The notes beneath the pieces are model-generated. The model saw only the letters and a list, made by a program, of their open reading frames with translations, did not search any database and was not told where the DNA came from. Positions 1 to 11,199 of a stretch of DNA of 64,000 nt are shown here, piece after piece. Both the position numbers and the translations under genes were made by a program. Within the stretch, counting starts at the first letter, position 1, and each line of letters opens with the position of its first letter. Source of the stretch: the human T2T-CHM13v2.0 reference genome, Homo sapiens; NCBI RefSeq assembly GCF_009914755.1, contig NC_060947.1; one strand, written 5' to 3'.

Positions 1-3000
1 AGTTGGTAAATGCTACAAATCACAGCTTGTTGTTTCAGAGAGGCAGTTGCTAAATATTTATCAGCACACCGTTTCCTATACAGCACATCAGGCTGGAATT
101 CTAGGTCTGAAGAAAACTTGAAATTAAATACAAAATATCTCATCAGGCAGGTGAGTAGAGTGTCTCTGAGAGCGCTTTGGGGAAGGAAATTGGGGAAGAT
201 AGGTCATATTCCAGATGAGTTAGTCAGAGTTCATGATCACTTGGTGAGCCAATGATCAGGCACTCCGTCTCTACTAGGGTATACCTGCAGTTATTTCTTG
301 AAAGATGTACATGACATGGCTTTTCTCCAGAAGCCCAGGGGTCTATGTTGTGTTGTCTGATTGGAGTTAATGTCACACAATTTTTACCACTACTGATACT
401 TCAAATACCATAAAGTCTGCCAGGTCATATGCCCCAAACAGCAGGGCTAATTGCATCATACCCTTGACCTTCTGCAGAGCTTTTTCCTGCTCTGAGCCCC
501 ATTAAAGCTGGAAGACATTAATGTCACCCAATATATGAGTCATAGCATTATTCCAAGGTGTGAGCATATTCCAGGTGCCTCCAGAACCCAAAAAGACCTG
601 TAAGGTGCCATGCTCCTTCGTGGTGTGGGGGGCAAGATGAAAAAATTTTTTGTGGTTGAGGGGATGTCATGACATACCCTATGATACTGAAGTTCTAAAC
701 CTTTTGTTGATTTTGTGGCAGTCCCTTGATTTTTCATAGGGTTTATCTCCAGCTTTCTGAAATGGATGTATCTTAACATTTGGAAATGTCGTAGGCACTT
801 TTTGCTTAACCAGTCAAATTTACAATAGAGTAGACCATCAGGATGTTCCCTGGGATGTGTAGCTGATCTAGGTCTCTTTGGACTATTTTAGGATGGAGGA
901 CAGGAGAATTAACGTATCCATGAAGTACGACTGTAAATGCATTCTGTTGCATGCTCCAAGGAAATATAAACTTTCTGATCCTCTTTTCTAATAGGGAATA
1001 GAAAAGAATGCATTCTGCAGATCAACAGCTGTATACAACGCACCTGAGGTCATGTTCATTTGCTCTAGCAATTATACTCCATCTGGCATAAGTAGCTGAT
1101 GTTGGAGCTACTATTTGGTTGAGTTTGCAATAGTCTACTTTTATCTTCCAGGATCTGTCCAGGTTTTACAAGGACTAGAATGCCGACATAAGTGGAGATA
1201 TGATGGGGACTATCATCCCTGCATCCTTTAGGTCTTCGAGGGTGGCATTAATTTCTTCCATTCCCCTCCTACCCCAAATTAGTTGTTGGGTTTGATTTAC
1301 AATCTTTGATGTGGGAGATAAAATTTTAGAAAGTTCCGCTTGGCCTTTCTCACTATAATAGCTCTCATCCCGGAGGTTGTGCCAACTACTAAGGATGTCC
1401 ATTTCAATTATACTTTTGGGGCCAAGAAAATGATCACTGAGCAGATCTGTAGACCACGTGAACAACTGTCATCCAGATCTGGGCTATGACTCCATTTATT
1501 ACCTGACCTCCGTTTGCCCCCTCTAACAGGGAGCTCATAATGATGCTTCAGGTATGCAGGTATCAATGTCAACTTGGATTCTGTGTTCAACAGTCCTCAA
1601 AATGTTTGGATATTACTCCTTCTCCAGTGTACATTTACCTAAGCAAATGGCTATGGGCCCCTCTAGGGATGGACTGGGGGAATCATTACTGATGCACTTT
1701 GCATAGTGTTGCAGGGTCCTTCCTTCCAATAACTTACCTCTCCTTCAATCAAGAGATTCTGGTTCCAAAAACTGACTTAAGTCCAGGAACTTTTACTGGG
1801 GTGACTGTGCTCAGCCACCTGATCATCTATCTCTGATTTCATTTGATTTTGTGAATTGAGCAGCTGCCTTCTGTTTTTTCCCTAATGATGCTGTGTTCTG
1901 TTAAACATCACCATTACTCTTTGAAGGTCAGGGCTCCTTGGCTCTTGCTCCAAACTTGTTGCTCATCCCTACAATTATATCAACTTGGCTTTTGATGATT
2001 ATAGCACTGCCACCTAACTTCTCATGTATCAGGGCCCTATTAGTCCCATTTCTATACTTTACCATCACCACTGGCCAACGGAGGATTGTCACCATAAAAT
2101 ATTTTGTGTGGTGTTTGTTCCCACTCACCATCACATTTCTGATTGCCTTGGTAAATGGTGTATCCACTTAGTCCTCCAAATAAATGCAGTCTTCCAGCAG
2201 GTTTTCTGTTCTTATGTATATCCACTCTAGCATTCCCACTTCTGCCATATCAATATCTGCAATGGCAATTCTGATCTTTCCACCTAACTTAAGGTGAATC
2301 ATTGCTTTTTCCGTGTTTGGAAAAGGATTCTTGCCAAGGAGCTAAATCCTCTGTCCTGGAAGAGTGCTCCCAAATCAATAAACTCTCCCTTATTCAACTC
2401 ATGCCAGTACATGTTAGCTGGGAACTGCAGCTCCTTTGAGGTAGAGTTCTTTTCCTCCCTTATCAGACAAGCGTTTCCGTGGACAGGCCATGATATGTCT
2501 TAACCCTAGTTATTGACCTAGTGACCAGAAGAGTGATGAGGACAGATCCTGGGTAGGAGAGGGGGCATGTGTTGTCTTATGTGGGAGACACTCTGCATCA
2601 TCTTCCACCAAGTTGGGAGAGCTAACCCTCTACAGGGAAGAAAGGCCAGAGGGTTCAGGGAATCTGGGGATTTAAAATGTTAAGCATATGAACCTAGTTG
2701 CCAGGGTCCTATTTTTTGCAGCTAAGATCATGAAATTGGCAGAGCAGATCTGGTTATTTTAAAAGTTTATTTTCTTTGGATCTCTGCTGCTACTTTTAAA
2801 ATTAAGTCCCAGGCCCGGTCTTCAGTTTTCTCTGCCCCTCTATCTGAAGAAGATGAGAGTTCCTTTAAAAGCATAACCAGGACCTCTGGCTTTCATACTT
2901 GGTTGTCAATTAATCACCTTATAGTTATTCTTTCCACCACATTTCTTAAATGTCTGAATCATAGCATCAGCTAGTACATTCCTTTCCATCAGTATACCAT

Positions 3001-3166
3001 CCCATTTCTCCAGAGTGGAAGTTTTAACAATGGTACTGCTACCTCATGCCAAAGGCTCTTTATGTTCCACCCACGACCAGTGATGGAATTCTTTTCGCCA
3101 GTTGTGTGGCAGATGATCTAGTTCCTAAATCTACTCAGCATTTGCTTTCTCTGTTCTGGCACCAAC
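1..3166 (-). mobile_element. Ancient ERVL-class provirus internal region (degraded gag-pro-RT), running off the window start
   Basis: Minus-strand ORF fragments resemble HERV-L Gag (DTPFTKAIRN, 1928-2167) and RT (EINATLEDLKDAGMIVPIISP, 1175-1465); GYVNSP near 905-920; many stops and frameshifts. Confidence 0.85.
3154..3164 (-). promoter_or_regulatory. Primer-binding site remnant (TGGTGCCAGAA, ERVL tRNA-Leu type)
   Basis: Lies 2 nt downstream of the LTR terminal CA on the minus strand. Confidence 0.7.
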
Positions 3167-3601
3167 TGTTGTAGATTGGGTACCTTGGGAAGTAGACTCT
3201 GAAACAGAGTTTACAGTGCAAGAAAGTTATTAGAAATCAACACCCTTGGAAAAAAAAGATTAGGAAAAGAGAGAAGTTAAACTGTGTTTTAGAATCAATG
3301 GCAGTCTCAGCTGACCCTACAGGGAGTTCTAAAGCTTAGATAATTCTTTGGAGTTATCATGAGTCGAAGTGAGATGGTCAGACCTTCAGACCTCCTCTTC
3401 AATCTGTCATTAGGTGTGGGCTGCCCTGGGAAGAGAGTATGACCTTGGGCAAGGCAGCTCTCTGAAGGACCTCTGAAGACGGCTAACAGCTGAGGGCTGT
3501 CTGTCAGTAATATTCCCAGAGGCTGGCCAGAGAGAATGGAGAGGATTTCTTTTCTTAAGAAGAATCTAGGTGGCACAGCACAGCGTACATCAACTATAAC
3601 A
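3167..3601 (-). mobile_element. ERVL 5' LTR, LTR33-like
   Basis: TG...CA termini on the minus strand; resembles the LTR33-like copies at 28865 and 44763; abuts the PBS. Confidence 0.75.
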
Positions 3602-3999
3602 GAAAAATATCTTTGATAATTTTTAGATTTCTAACTTTCAATACCTGTAAAACTGCCTGGAGATGATGAATGTGGTAAACTATTACAAATGTTGTTTAAT
3701 GATCCACTATTACCTATTTTCTGGCTTCAATCGACTACAGGTAATTGAAATTGAGGAAAGCAAAGCATATGACACTGGCATTTCTGTAGGTCAAAATGAT
3801 TGAATATTAACAATGACATACTATCCAATCTAATAGAATACATGGGGAAGGAACTTGTATTAGATATGTGGTCATATTTAAATGTTCATGCATTCTAAAA
3901 TGATCTATCAAATACCTTTACCTCCCACACAACCCCTACACTCCTATTCTCCCCATTTTGGTTATATGCATTAAAAACTCTGTTATTAAAACATCTGAT

Positions 4000-4087
4000 C
4001 TCGAGGTTGCAGTGAACCAAGATTGTGCCACTGCACTGCAGCCTGAGCAACAGAGTGAGACTCCATCTCAAAAATAAAAAATAAAAA
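4000..4087 (+). mobile_element. 5'-truncated Alu (3' end of right arm)
   Basis: GAGGTTGCAGTGA...GACTCCATCTC plus A tail; near-TSD AAAA(C/A)ATCTGAT at 3988-3999 and 4083-4094. Confidence 0.9.
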
Positions 4088-4849
4088 ATCTGATGTCACC
4101 CAAAACATTGATACAATGAAGCCTCATGAATGCAATGGGAATGTATCTACTTCTATTTACCACATTCATTCTACCTCTGAATCTCGAATTGTGTTTCTCC
4201 CATTACCTAGAATGCTTCTCTCTGCACTATCCCACACCCTAACCAAACAACAATAACAACACCCTTCTCCAAACCCACCTCTTCCTTGTAGCCTCTTCTG
4301 ATGACACCAGGTTTGTCATAGCTTTCCAGCATTTCTCCAGCATTAAAGGCCAGTTCATCACAATCTAGGATTTAATGATGGTGTGGTGTACCTTATGAAA
4401 GGATTCCATTTCTTGGAGATTATCTTTGTTTCACCAGCTAGGTGAGCATTCCTTGAAATTAGAGTTTGTAACATTTATTTTCTCTGTTTTACCCACATCC
4501 CTAGCACCCACATGAGCCTGAAGATTTCAATTCGTGGGTTTTAAAGACCTTTGAATCTGTATATTTTCTGTTTACTTACCTTAACTGTCCCTTCAAAGTT
4601 ATACATACATACATTAATTAAATCATTCATAAGTACTCAAAAACCCAAGGAACAAAATTAACGATCTGTCAAGATATTCTTGGAAGGTATGAAAAAGCTG
4701 AAGGGAGAGGAAAAGCTGTTAACACCCAGAGAGCAGAAGCTATAAATTTGGCTTCCTGATTCCCCCTCTCGTAGAACTCCACTTTCCTTAACAACACTTT
4801 TCATTGCTTCTGTGTCACATTTAATTGGTTTCTGTTCCACCCCTGCTAA

Positions 4850-4950
4850 TTTATAAGCTCCATGAGGACAGGAACCATGTCTGCTTTGCTCATCATCATA
4901 TTTCTGGTGCCTGGCTCATAACGTATGCTCAATAAATATTTATTGAAATA
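4850..4950 (+). mobile_element. L2 3' end fragment
   Basis: TAAGCTCCATGAGGACAGG...GCTCAATAAATATTTATTGAA. Confidence 0.75.
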
Positions 4951-5562
4951 ATTATTAAAGGCAGTAACAATGAATATCACTTGATGAAAGGAAAACAGGT
5001 ATGCTTTCAGCTCCAGGGACTTCTAACTACCAAACCCTGTCCCTGGCCAATGCTCCAACATGGGCTTCTTTTTTCCTGTCACATTTTCTCATCTGGGAAG
5101 ATCCCTAATGGGTAAACACCCTGAATCCTTACTCCCTGCCATGAAAATGCATCTCTCACTCTTCTGGGCAAATTTTTAGAGTAGAGGATTTGTCCTCACT
5201 CCAGAGGCTCACTGTCCTATGGCTGAGTCTGCTACCTGGACCCACAACATCCACTCATAAGTCCATCATCTTCAAAAAAATAAGTACATGTACCAGAAAT
5301 GACACCTCCAAATTGACACCACAAACTTTAAATGCCCCTAAGGAACACTTTCTCATATTCTGCCCTGAAGATCGCCCTCTGGACACACCTTCCCTAAACT
5401 GACACTCACGCTTGACCTAAATATTGGAAGTGGTTTCTTGCATTTACTACTCAATACAGGATTATCATACGTATAAGCTCATTCTCTCCCTTTTTTTCCC
5501 TCTAGTTTTCCTCCACCTATCCACCTATCTCTCCCTTACGTTATTCTGGAACTCGGGCTTAT

Positions 5563-5601
5563 GGTGTGTGTGACTGTGTGTGTGTGTGTGTGTATGTGTG
5601 T
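5563..5601. repeat. Interrupted (TG)n microsatellite
   Basis: Read directly from the sequence. Confidence 0.95.
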
Positions 5602-5714
5602 AAAGTGAATTAGGGAGTGTGGAAGAGTTTGTGGCATGGCAGAATGGAGAAGAGGCAGTATCAGAGGGAAAGAAGATAAAATCATTCCAACAACATTTTA
5701 TTCCACACTTACAA

Positions 5715-6010
5715 GTTATGTATTGCTGCATAACAAATCACCCAACACTTAGAGGTTTAAAACAATACCAACCATTTATTTTGCTCACAAATAGGAAATC
5801 TTGGCAGGGCTTGGCAGGGTCATTTGTCTCTAACGCACATGGCATCAGCTGGGGCGGCTCAACTAGGGGCTCCACTTCCAAGATGGCTCATTCACACATG
5901 ACAAGTTAGTGCTGGCTGCCAGCGGGGAGCTCAGCTATGGCTAAGGGTGAGGGAAGCAGGGCTGTTGGACTCCTCACAGCATGGTGGCTGAACTCCAAGA
6001 GCAAATATCC
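5715..6010 (-). mobile_element. MLT1-family MaLR LTR fragment
   Basis: ATTGCTGCATAACAAATCACCC...TTAAAACAA...CCAAGATGGCTCA, typical of reverse-oriented MLT1. Confidence 0.75.
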
Positions 6011-6185
6011 CAAACCTAATGAATTATGTTTGGGTATTATTAAATAATTTAGCTGAGAAGCCCAAGTATTGCCAGATCCTTTTTCTGTTCTTCATTTATA
6101 AACAGCTTATTTCCAAAAGGATTTGAGGCAGAAGCTCTCTATTTAAGGTAGACACCATAACCTTTAAACATAATTCTTACACTAC

Positions 6186-6470
6186 GGCCGGGCACGGTGG
6201 CTCACGCCCGTAATCCCAACACTTTGGGAGGCCGAGGCGGGCGGATCGCAAGGTCAGGAGATCGAGACCATCCTGGCCAACATGGTGAAACCTCATCTCT
6301 ACTAAAATACAAAAAATTAGCAGTACATGGTGGTGCCCGCCTGTACTCCCAGCTACTTGGGATACTGAGGCAGGGGAATCGCTTGAACCCGGGAGGTGGA
6401 GATTAAGCTGAGATCGTGCCATTGCTCTCCAGCCTGGCGACAGAGTGAGACTCCGTCTCAAAAAAAAAAA
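6186..6470 (+). mobile_element. Alu (AluSc-like), full length
   Basis: GGCCGGGC start, A tail, TSD AATTCTTACACT (6172-6183 and 6471-6482), CCTGGCGACAG diagnostic. Confidence 0.95.
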
Positions 6471-6559
6471 AATTCTTACACTCTGGATTTCAGGAGATGG
6501 TCTACATTTTTGAGAAACAAAAAAGGTATGCGCATGGTATAGGGAGGCATCCCATTTGC

Positions 6560-6720
6560 ATGTTGTATGTGAGCAAAAATATACATAGCTGTGTGTTTTT
6601 ACACACGTGTGCAACCTGTGTGTGTGTGGGCATGTGTGTACATAAGTGTGTCTACCTGTGTTGGTGACACTGTGTGCATGTGTTAGCATGTGTATTTGTG
6701 TGTCTGTATGGTGTGTAGCT
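6560..6720. repeat. Degenerate TG-rich low-complexity tract
   Basis: Repeated TGTG/CATG units. Confidence 0.7.
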
Positions 6721-6727
6721 TCCATAA

Positions 6728-7063
<336 letters not shown>

Positions 7064-7599
7064 TTATTGTTAGTTTTTCAATGATTTGGAGAGTTGCTGC
7101 AAGACTGACCAAATAACATGATACTTTTTAAAAGAAAATTTGGTACTATATGCAAATAAAACAAACTGTAAATGTAATTATATTTTTAGCTACATGTATG
7201 TTGGCACAAGCCATAGCACTTTCTCCAAGTGGCCTCTTCATTTACAAAACTGAATAAGGAGGCTTACCTAGGCCAATATCTTTCAAATGGTATAGTTTGA
7301 AAAATTCAGATTTTTCTGATAAAATGTGAGACGTGCTGTAAAGTAATCTACTGAATTTTCCCTGACAATTATGATTCATGCTTTCATACTTATACTTAGG
7401 ACTACCTGGGAAGAATTCTTCTGAATGAATCATTTTTTCCTGGCTCAAATGAACCAGTAAAAAATAATGCAGCATATTTTTAACTTAAAAAAATACAGGT
7501 TTCCAAAGAATGGATTGCAAGACCATTCTAACCTTGATGTCTAATAATGCCGAACTTTGTTTCTGTGGTGCATGACACATTTTCAGAGTTATCTTTTGC

Positions 7600-7863
7600 T
7601 TATTATTGTTATTTACACGCAGTAAAATACACCTTTGGGGGGGCCTACAGTTCCATGAGTTTGACAAATGCATAGGGCTGCATAACTGCTACCATAATCA
7701 GGATATAGAACAACTCACTCATCCCAAAATAATACCTCATCCTTCCTCTTTGTAGTCAATCTTTCCCCCTTCTTTAGCCCATGGTAACCACTTACCTGTT
7801 CTGTGTTCCTATCGTTTTGTCTTTTCCAGAATGTCATAGAAATAAAATTACACCATAAGTAAC
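7600..7863 (-). mobile_element. Old L1M 3' UTR (host element; continues at 10191-10920, 18117-18799, 19778-19920)
   Basis: L1M 3'-end motifs; the sequence resumes colinearly after each nested insertion. Confidence 0.8.
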
Positions 7864-10185
7864 TGTATTAGTCCGTTTTCATGCTGCTGATACATACCCA
7901 AGAATGGGCAATTTATAAAAGAAAGAGGTTTAATTGGACTTACAGTTCCACATGGCAGGGGAGGCCTCACAAACATGGCAGAAGGCAAGGAGGAACAAGT
8001 CACATCTATGTAGATGGTAGCAGGCAAAAAGAGAGAGCTTGTGCAGAGAAACTCCCATTTTTAAAAACCATCAGATCCTGTGAGACCCATTCACTCTCAT
8101 GAGAACAGCATGGGAAAGACCTGCCCCTATGATTCAGTCATCTCCCACCAGGTCCCTCCCACAACACATGGGAATTATGAGACCTACAAATTGAGATTTG
8201 GGTGCGGACACAGAGCCAAACCATATCATTCCACACTTGGCCCCTCCCAAATCTCATGTCTTCACATTTCAAAACCAATCATGCCTTCCCAACAGTCCCC
8301 CAAAGTCTCAACTCATTTCAGCATTAACTCAAAAGTCCACAGTCCAAAGTCTCATCCGAGACAAGGCAAGTAAGTCCCTTCTGCCTATAAGCCTGTAAAA
8401 TCAAAATCAAGTTAGTTACTTCCTAGGTACAATGGGGGTACAGGCATTGGGTAAATACACCCATTCCAAATGGGAGAAATTGGCCAAAACGAAGGGGCTG
8501 CGAGCCCCATGCAAGTCGGAAGTCCAGCAGGGCAGTCAAATCTTAAAGCTCCAAAATGATCTCCTTTGACTCCATGTCTCACATCCAGGTCATGCTGATG
8601 CCAACAGATAGGTCCCTGTAGTCTTGGGCAGCTCTGCCCCTGTGGCTTTGCAGGGTGCAATCTCCCTCCTGGCTGCTTTCATGGGCTGGTGTTGAGTGTC
8701 TGAAGCTTTTACAGGCACACGGTGCAAGCTGTCAGTGGATCTATCATCCTGGGGTCTGAAGGACGGTGACCCTGTTCTCAGCTCCACTAGGCAGCGCCCC
8801 AGTAGGGACTTTGTGTGGGGGCTCTGACCCCACATTTCCTTCTGCACTGCCCTAGCAGAGGTTCTCCATGAGCCCCCGAACTCTGCAGCAAACTTCTGCC
8901 TGGACATTAAGGTGTTTCCATACATATTATGAAATCTAGGTGGAGGTTCCCAAACCTCAATTCTTGACTTCTGAGCACCCACAGGCACAATACCATGTGG
9001 AAGCTGCCAAGGCTTGGGGCTTCCACCCTCTGAAGCCACAGCCGAAGCTGTACTTTGGCCCCTTTTAGTCACGGCTCCAGCGGGAGTGACTGGGACACAG
9101 GGCACCAAGTCCCTAGACTGCACACAGCATGGGGACACTGGGCCTGGCCCAGGAAACCATATTTTTCTTCTAGGCCTCCAGGCTGTGATGGGAGGGGCTG
9201 TTGTGAAGACCTCTGACATGCCCTGGAGACATTTTCCCTGTTGTCTTGGGGATTAACATTTGGCTCCTTATTACTTCTGCAAATTTCTGCAGCTGGCTTG
9301 AATTTCTCTTCATAAAATGGGATTTTCTTTTCTATGGCATTGTCAGGCTGCAAATTTTCCAAACTTTTATGCTCTGCTTCCCTTATAAAACTGAATGCTT
9401 TTAACAGCACTCAAGTCACCTCTTGAATGCTTTCCTGCTTAGAAATTTATTCCACCAGATACCCTAAATCATCTCTCTCAAGTCCAAAGTTCCACAAATC
9501 TGTAGGGCAGGGGCAAAATGCCACCACTCTCTTTGCTAAAACATAACAAGAGTCACCTTTGCTCCAGTTCCCAACAAGATCCTCATCTCCATCTGAGACC
9601 ACCATAGCCTGAACCTTATTGTCCATATTGCTATCAGGCTTTTTGTCAAAGCCATTCAACAAGTCTCTAAGAAGTTCCAAACTTTCCCACATTTTCCTGT
9701 CTTCTTCTGAGCCTTCCAAACTGTTCCAACCTCTGCCTGTTACACAGTTCCAAAGTTGTTTCCACATTTTTAGGTATCTTTTCAGTAGCACCCCACTCTG
9801 CTGGTACCAATTTACTGTGCTAGTCCATTTTCACACTGCTGATAAAGACATACTCAAGAATGGGCAATTTACAAAAGAAAGAGGTTTAATTGGACTTACA
9901 GTTCCACATGGCTGGGGAGGCCTCACAAACATGGTGGAGGGCAAGGAGGAACAAGTCACAAATTACGTGGATGGCAGCAGGCAAAAAAAGAGAGCTTGTG
10001 CAGAAAAGCTCCCTTTTTTAAAAACCACCAGATCTCGTGAGACCCATTCACTGTCACGAGAACAGCACAGGAAAGACCCACCCCCATGATTCAATCATCT
10101 CCCGCTGGGTCCCTCCCACAACACGTAGTAATTATTGGAGCTACAAATTGATATTTGGCTGGTGACACAGAGCCAAACCATATCA
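7864..10185 (-). mobile_element. Complete THE1 (THE1D-like) MaLR: 3' LTR 7864-8228, internal 8229-9815, 5' LTR 9816-10185
   Basis: Two direct-repeat LTRs starting TGATATGGTTTGGCTCTGTGTC on the minus strand; perfect 5-bp TSD GTAAC (7859-7863, 10186-10190); TGGTACCAG next to the 5' LTR; broken internal ORF (9447-9791, 9069-9410, 8590-9219, 8412-8660). Confidence 0.95.
10087..10097 (+). promoter_or_regulatory. DUX-family double-homeobox-like motif TGATTCAATCA in the THE1 5' LTR
   Basis: Motif match only; the other LTR reads TGATTCAGTCA. Confidence 0.35.
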
Positions 10186-10190
10186 GTAAC

Positions 10191-10920
10191 GTTTTGAGTC
10201 TGGTTTCCTTCACTTAGAAAAATGCATTTTCAATTCACACATGTTGTTGTAGGTATCTATAGTTAGCTCATTTTTATTGCTGAATAGCATTTCATTTTAT
10301 GGACATGTCACAGTCAATAGAAGGATATTTGGGTTGTTTCTAGCTTGGTGCTATTGTGAATAAAGCTGCTATAAATATCCATGTACAGGTTTTGTGTGGG
10401 AACATAATTTTTCATTTCTCTAGGGTAAATAGCAGATACTTCAGAGTGAGATTACTGAATCATGTGGTATGTATACTTTTAATTTTATAAGAAAATGCCA
10501 AACTGTTCTCTAGAGTGACTATATCATTCTGCATGCCTATCAGTAATGTATGTCAGTTGCTCCATATCTATGGCAGTACTTTGTATTGTATTCTTTATTT
10601 TAGTCATTTTAATAGGTATGTAATGGTATCTTATTGTGGTTTTAACTTGCATTTCCCTAATAACTAATGATGATAATCATATATTTGCATGTTTATTTTT
10701 CATCCACATAGTTTCTTTAGTGAGATATCTATTCAAACATTTTGCCCATTTCTGATGAGCTGTATGTTTTCTTGCTGAATTTGCAAATTCAATGCATATT
10801 CTGGATATGTATTTTGTCATATATCTAATTTGCAAACATTTTCTTCATTCTGTAGCTTGTCTTTTCACACTCTTAACAGTGTCTTAGAAAGAAAAAGGTT
10901 TTCATTTTCACAAGGCCTGA
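10191..10920 (-). mobile_element. Old L1M 3' region (host continuation)
   Basis: L1 3' UTR/ORF2-end motifs (GTGGTTTTAACTTGCATTTCCCTAATAACTAATGATG). Confidence 0.85.
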
Positions 10921-11199
10921 CTCATAAAGTTATTTTATTTTTTAAAAATTTTTTTAATTTTTAATTTTTTTATTTCAAAAGGTTTTTGGGGAACAGATGG
11001 TGTTTGGTTACATGAATAAGTTCTTTAGTGGTGATTTCTGAGTTTGGTACATCCATCACCCAAGCAGTGTACACTGTACCCAATGTGTAGTCTTTTATTC
11101 CTCACTCCCCCTTCCCTTTCCCCCAAGTCCCCGAAGTCCAACGTATTATTCTTATGTCTTTGTGTCTTCAATAGCTTAGCTCCCACATATAAGTGAGAA

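Noticed and set aside
6177-6725. 182-aa minus-strand ORF
   Set aside because: Built from a TG-rich tract read as His/Thr plus an antisense Alu; no gene context.
8590-9219. 209-aa ORF as a novel gene
   Set aside because: A fragment of the frameshifted THE1 internal ORF.
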